From Schmidtea polychroa (taxonomy: Eukaryota): a stretch of 64,000 nt of DNA. Positions 60,367 to 64,000 of the stretch are shown here, piece by piece. The position numbers and the translations under genes are program-made. Under the pieces are notes generated by a model. The model saw only the letters and a list, made by a program, of their open reading frames with translations, did not search any database and was not told the origin of the DNA. Positions within the stretch are counted from its first letter, which is position 1. Each line of letters opens with the position of its first letter. The stretch is from contig CM097885.1 in assembly GCA_044892525.1 (NCBI GenBank), positions 237,772,001 to 237,836,000 of the forward strand, written 5' to 3'.

Positions 60367-62115
60367 GTGGAAGCAGTATTTGAATCCGACAGTTTAACTA
60401 ACGAATTTGAGAACAGCGACGATTTCAAACGAACCGAATTAGATCCAATAAGCGACGCCGAATCAACTGAAGAAGAGGAAAATATATCTGAGACAACAGA
60501 GATAACCGTACTGTGCCAAGAGATAACGTCGGACGGAAACACGAATGAACAAAGGGTAACGGACCCACCAGAAACAAGTAATGTACACGTCAACATTGGG
60601 GAATTCAGAGAGAAATTTCGAGGAGAGCCATTCGATGGAAATATAAACCAGCTAGAAACATTTATAAAAGAATTTGAAGTATACATTACGATATGTCACT
60701 GGCCAGACATAGTCGTACGAGAACGAATACCCCTATATCTAAAGGGAAGCGCCCAAGATGTATATTTAGAGGCGAAATGTGATGCAACAAAGTTGAGAAC
60801 GTGGAAAGAGATCAAGGAGTTTTTAATAAAAACATTCGGTACCGAAAAAGAGGGAAATCGAAAAATGTTAGACTTTCTGCATCGAAAGCAGAAATATAAC
60901 GAATCTAACGCACTGTACGCATGCGAATTGAGACGAATAGCACGAGAAGCCTTCGATTCAAATCAACCAGTTCCGGAAGACAAGATAATAGCCGTATTCG
61001 TAGATGGCATGAAACGAGAGGATATACGAGCAACCTTGGGATGTCGAGCACCAGAGACGCTGGAAGAAGCACTAAAAATAGCTAACAAGTGTGAAACTTA
61101 CCTAACACCAATACAAGTAGCAGCAATGACAGCAGCCCCAGCAGCTCCAGCAACAACAGCAACAACCACAAACAACCAAGTCAATAATGCAAATCCAGTA
61201 ATGAATCAATTCATCCCAGGATCGCAACAGTTGTTCAAAACCCCACAAACAAGAAACCAAGACAATGGAGGTAATATTCAAAATTTTACTAATAATTTCA
61301 GGAACAACGACATTAACAATCGAACGTGCAACATATGCCAACGATCAGGGCATTGGAGCAATGAATGTTATAGAGCAAGGATGTGTCAAAAATGTGGGAG
61401 AAGAGGCCACACGGAAAACGTCTGCAGAGGACCCATGATGTCTATGGGCAGAGGAGGAACCAGAACCTGCTACAATTGTAACCAGCCTGGACACATGGCA
61501 AGAGAATGCACGATGAGAGCCAAATCAAATCAACCAGGATCAAACAATCCAGTCCAGAACACACGAATCAACCTCATGCAGGAAATCGAACAATTAAAAG
61601 ATATGATCCAACGAATACCGGTTAATAATCAACAACAACGAATCAACATGATGCAGAGCACCGAGGAAATCCGGAAGCAACCAAGTAAGCAGCAACAAGA
61701 TCAACAACGAATCGAATGGCAAAGATTGCAAAACGAAGAAGCCAGAGAAATTCAAGAAAGATGGAAACAACGGGAAGCGAATCCCGGAAGAATAAATATG
61801 ATGAGGTTAACAAATAAAGAGGAATCGCACACTGCGGAGCAGTGTGTTAACAACGAAGGGAGTGATCTGATAATAAACGAGGAGATAAAAACGACGAAAG
61901 AAAATGAAATTGATCCACAGACAGAATTGAGCAGTGAAGAGAAAATACAATTGATTAAAGAATTTACCAAAGAGGAGAAAGAAAGGAGACAAAAGAGAGA
62001 TGAGAGCCAAGACGAATCAAAAAGCAATGAGATAGTTACAAAAAAATCGAATTCAGAGGGTACTACTACAAAAAATCGAAGACAGAATCAAAAACAAAAA
62101 CCCTACATTAACTGA
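60367..62115 (+). CDS. gag: Gag (capsid-like domain plus three CCHC knuckles); N-terminus probably decayed upstream
   Basis: EPFDG, PLYLKGSAQDVY, FVDGM; CNICQRSGHWSNEC, CQKCGRRGHTENVC, CYNCNQPGHMAREC. Confidence 0.92.
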   Translation: MEAVFESDSLTNEFENSDDFKRTELDPISDAESTEEEENISETTEITVLCQEITSDGNTNEQRVTDPPETSNVHVNIGEFREKFRGEPFDGNINQLETFIKEFEVYITICHWPDIVVRERIPLYLKGSAQDVYLEAKCDATKLRTWKEIKEFLIKTFGTEKEGNRKMLDFLHRKQKYNESNALYACELRRIAREAFDSNQPVPEDKIIAVFVDGMKREDIRATLGCRAPETLEEALKIANKCETYLTPIQVAAMTAAPAAPATTATTTNNQVNNANPVMNQFIPGSQQLFKTPQTRNQDNGGNIQNFTNNFRNNDINNRTCNICQRSGHWSNECYRARMCQKCGRRGHTENVCRGPMMSMGRGGTRTCYNCNQPGHMARECTMRAKSNQPGSNNPVQNTRINLMQEIEQLKDMIQRIPVNNQQQRINMMQSTEEIRKQPSKQQQDQQRIEWQRLQNEEAREIQERWKQREANPGRINMMRLTNKEESHTAEQCVNNEGSDLIINEEIKTTKENEIDPQTELSSEEKIQLIKEFTKEEKERRQKRDESQDESKSNEIVTKKSNSEGTTTKNRRQNQKQKPYIN

Positions 62116-62370
62116 GGAACAAATTAAAGAAAAAGTGAAAGAGCATTGGTTCAGGAAAAATGAGTGGTTCGAAAAGAAAGAACCACATACCAAAGCTAAA
62201 ATAAACATGTTGAGACAAATGCGGAGTGATCAGACGGATCAGGAAGATGAGAAAAGTGAGGTGAGTAGCCTGGGAGTCGAATTATTTCGTCAAGTGAGGA
62301 AAACAAAGAACCGAAAACACCTCCAAACAGTGACACACCTCAAAGTAGCGATGAGAGTGAAAATGATGAC

Positions 62371-63953
62371 ATGAAATCAATGATAGAAAAAGATGATGAG
62401 GAGATATTCGAGGAAATTTTTGATACAGTAGCAGAAATACAACGAAATGAGGGCTACATCAACGAGTTAACATACAGAAAATGCTTAAAACTTATAACTC
62501 AAGTATACCAGTGTGAAGGAGGTATAATAACGGCAGCATGGAAAGATTTAGCAACAAAATATAAAGAGAAACTAAAGGAAGCAGACCCAGATCAATATCA
62601 AGTAAGTATTCAACACCCCGAGATTCAGATACGGACCATTGAATTAAAAGGAACAAATACTGATGAACTGTACAACTGGGTACAGGAAAAGATGGGAACG
62701 AGCCATAAAAATAAACAATTATATGTCGATGGCTACAAAGTTAAAATGGGCATACATTTGGTAGATGCGATGATATGGCCAAACGAAACTAACATCTTAA
62801 CCTTAGAGAAGACCAGAGATGACGAATCAGTAGCAGAAATGTTCAAGAAAATCCAACAAGTGTTTAACAATGAAGTGGAACCAGAATTGGAAAAGATCGA
62901 ACGGAAAATAATGAAAGAAAATCAAATAATCTTGGTCAAACAAGCTATCGATCAGGCAAGGAAATATATTAATAGACTAAGAGAAAGATGGCCACAACTA
63001 ATGAAACAATTTGTCAAAGACGTACGAGACACGGAAATTATGAGATTCGAGGATAAACGAGCGACAGAATTGATATCCAAATACGGAGAATACGAGAGAA
63101 CCAAATGCGAACAAGAAACAATAAAAATAAAGGTGAAGTTGCCAAATGAAGAGAAACAAATAATAGAAGTTATCCCGATTGCCAAGTTGACGAGTTAGTG
63201 CAAATCATAGATCAAGAGATCATCCAAAAAGCTCGAGAAAATAGTGAGGATGGAATGATCGAAGATGTGATAATAATGTACAACCGGCATATGTTAGAAA
63301 GAGGAGACCGAACTGTAATTTACGAACTAGGAATCTGGGAAGATGGAGCCGTCATCAATAAAATCTCGATGGACGAACCATCTGGTGGACACAAAAACGC
63401 CACCAAAACTGACCAACAAATCAAGAGATTCCAATGGGGAATGAGAGCAAAGATGGATCGAATAATCGATATTTATAACCATTGGCTAAAGGATGATAAA
63501 CTAAAACTAGCAGCCTTCAATGAAGAAGATTGCAAACTGATACCATGGAAAAAAGTGTGGATCGAAAGTGAAGCTCGATGGGATTGGGAGCAGCAAAAGT
63601 TGGAACCAAATTGGATAGATAATATACCAGAAGAAATCGCAGCAGTATGGGTAAGAGAGAAACCGATCGATACTTACCAGGACATATTGCCACAAGAATT
63701 CCCAAATGAGTTACAATCAGGAGAAGATGAGGAGATACGAGAACCGGTAAGGTTAGCACCATTCACGTGGAAAATTGAGAATTGGATGGAAAAGATAAAA
63801 TCAGCAAAGGAAGAGAAAATCACACGATTAGTAAGTCCACCGTTCTACTCAGGATTAGGTGAGTACAAGATGAAATTGCGAATATACCCGAACGGAGATG
63901 GGGTAGGAAAAGGAAGTTATGTGTCGGCATTCTTCATCATCATGGCCGTTTAG
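62371..63953 (+). pseudogene. Frameshifted continuation of the polyprotein: two putative ubiquitin-like domains and a TRAF-type MATH domain
   Basis: FTWKIENW...LVSPPFYSG..EYKMKLRIYPNGDGVGKGSYVSAFF is a clear TRAF/MATH motif; Ubl-like patterns at ~62596-62805 and ~63121-63365; frameshift near 63187. Confidence 0.75.
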
Positions 63954-64000
63954 CAGAAAAGTAACGATAGCGATCGAACCACTGAAAGATAGCCTTAACG

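Larger units (their letters stand above)
54365..64000 (+). mobile_element. 5' part of a giant gypsy-type LTR retrotransposon (Burro-like), continues past the window
   Basis: LTR, PBS, ~3.7 kb leader with a RING ORF, gag, then extra domains. Confidence 0.85.

Overview
Very AT-rich eukaryotic DNA made almost entirely of nested mobile elements, with no intact host gene. The host is probably a planarian flatworm (inferred from composition and from giant-LTR gypsy elements resembling Burro). Layout: (1) 1-4978, most of a ~5 kb LTR with two GC-rich ORFs, one ending in an AT-hook, inserted into a Gypsy RT; (2) 5174-19478, a 14.3 kb foldback element with Polinton-type AGT...ACT ends and a 6-bp TSD, inserted in the same RT and carrying decayed IAP-type RING genes; (3) the rest of that Gypsy pol, then several hAT elements; (4) 31972-47053, a near-intact 15.1 kb Polinton/Maverick with 438-bp TIRs, a perfect 6-bp TSD, pPolB, integrase, ATPase, protease and capsid genes; (5) an actin relic, a Gypsy LTR/PBS/gag relic, a hAT MITE and a Tc1/IS630 fragment; (6) 54365-64000, the 5' part of a giant gypsy element with a RING ORF before gag and ubiquitin-like plus MATH domains after it. 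Most novel-looking signals: three tRNA-derived Pol III units inside the Polinton, its self-complementary ends, a standalone copy of the pPolB C-terminus under apparent purifying selection, a PLA2-integrase fusion, the RING-carrying foldback element, and the RING/Ubl/MATH set in the retrotransposon. All alignments were done by eye; no searches were run.
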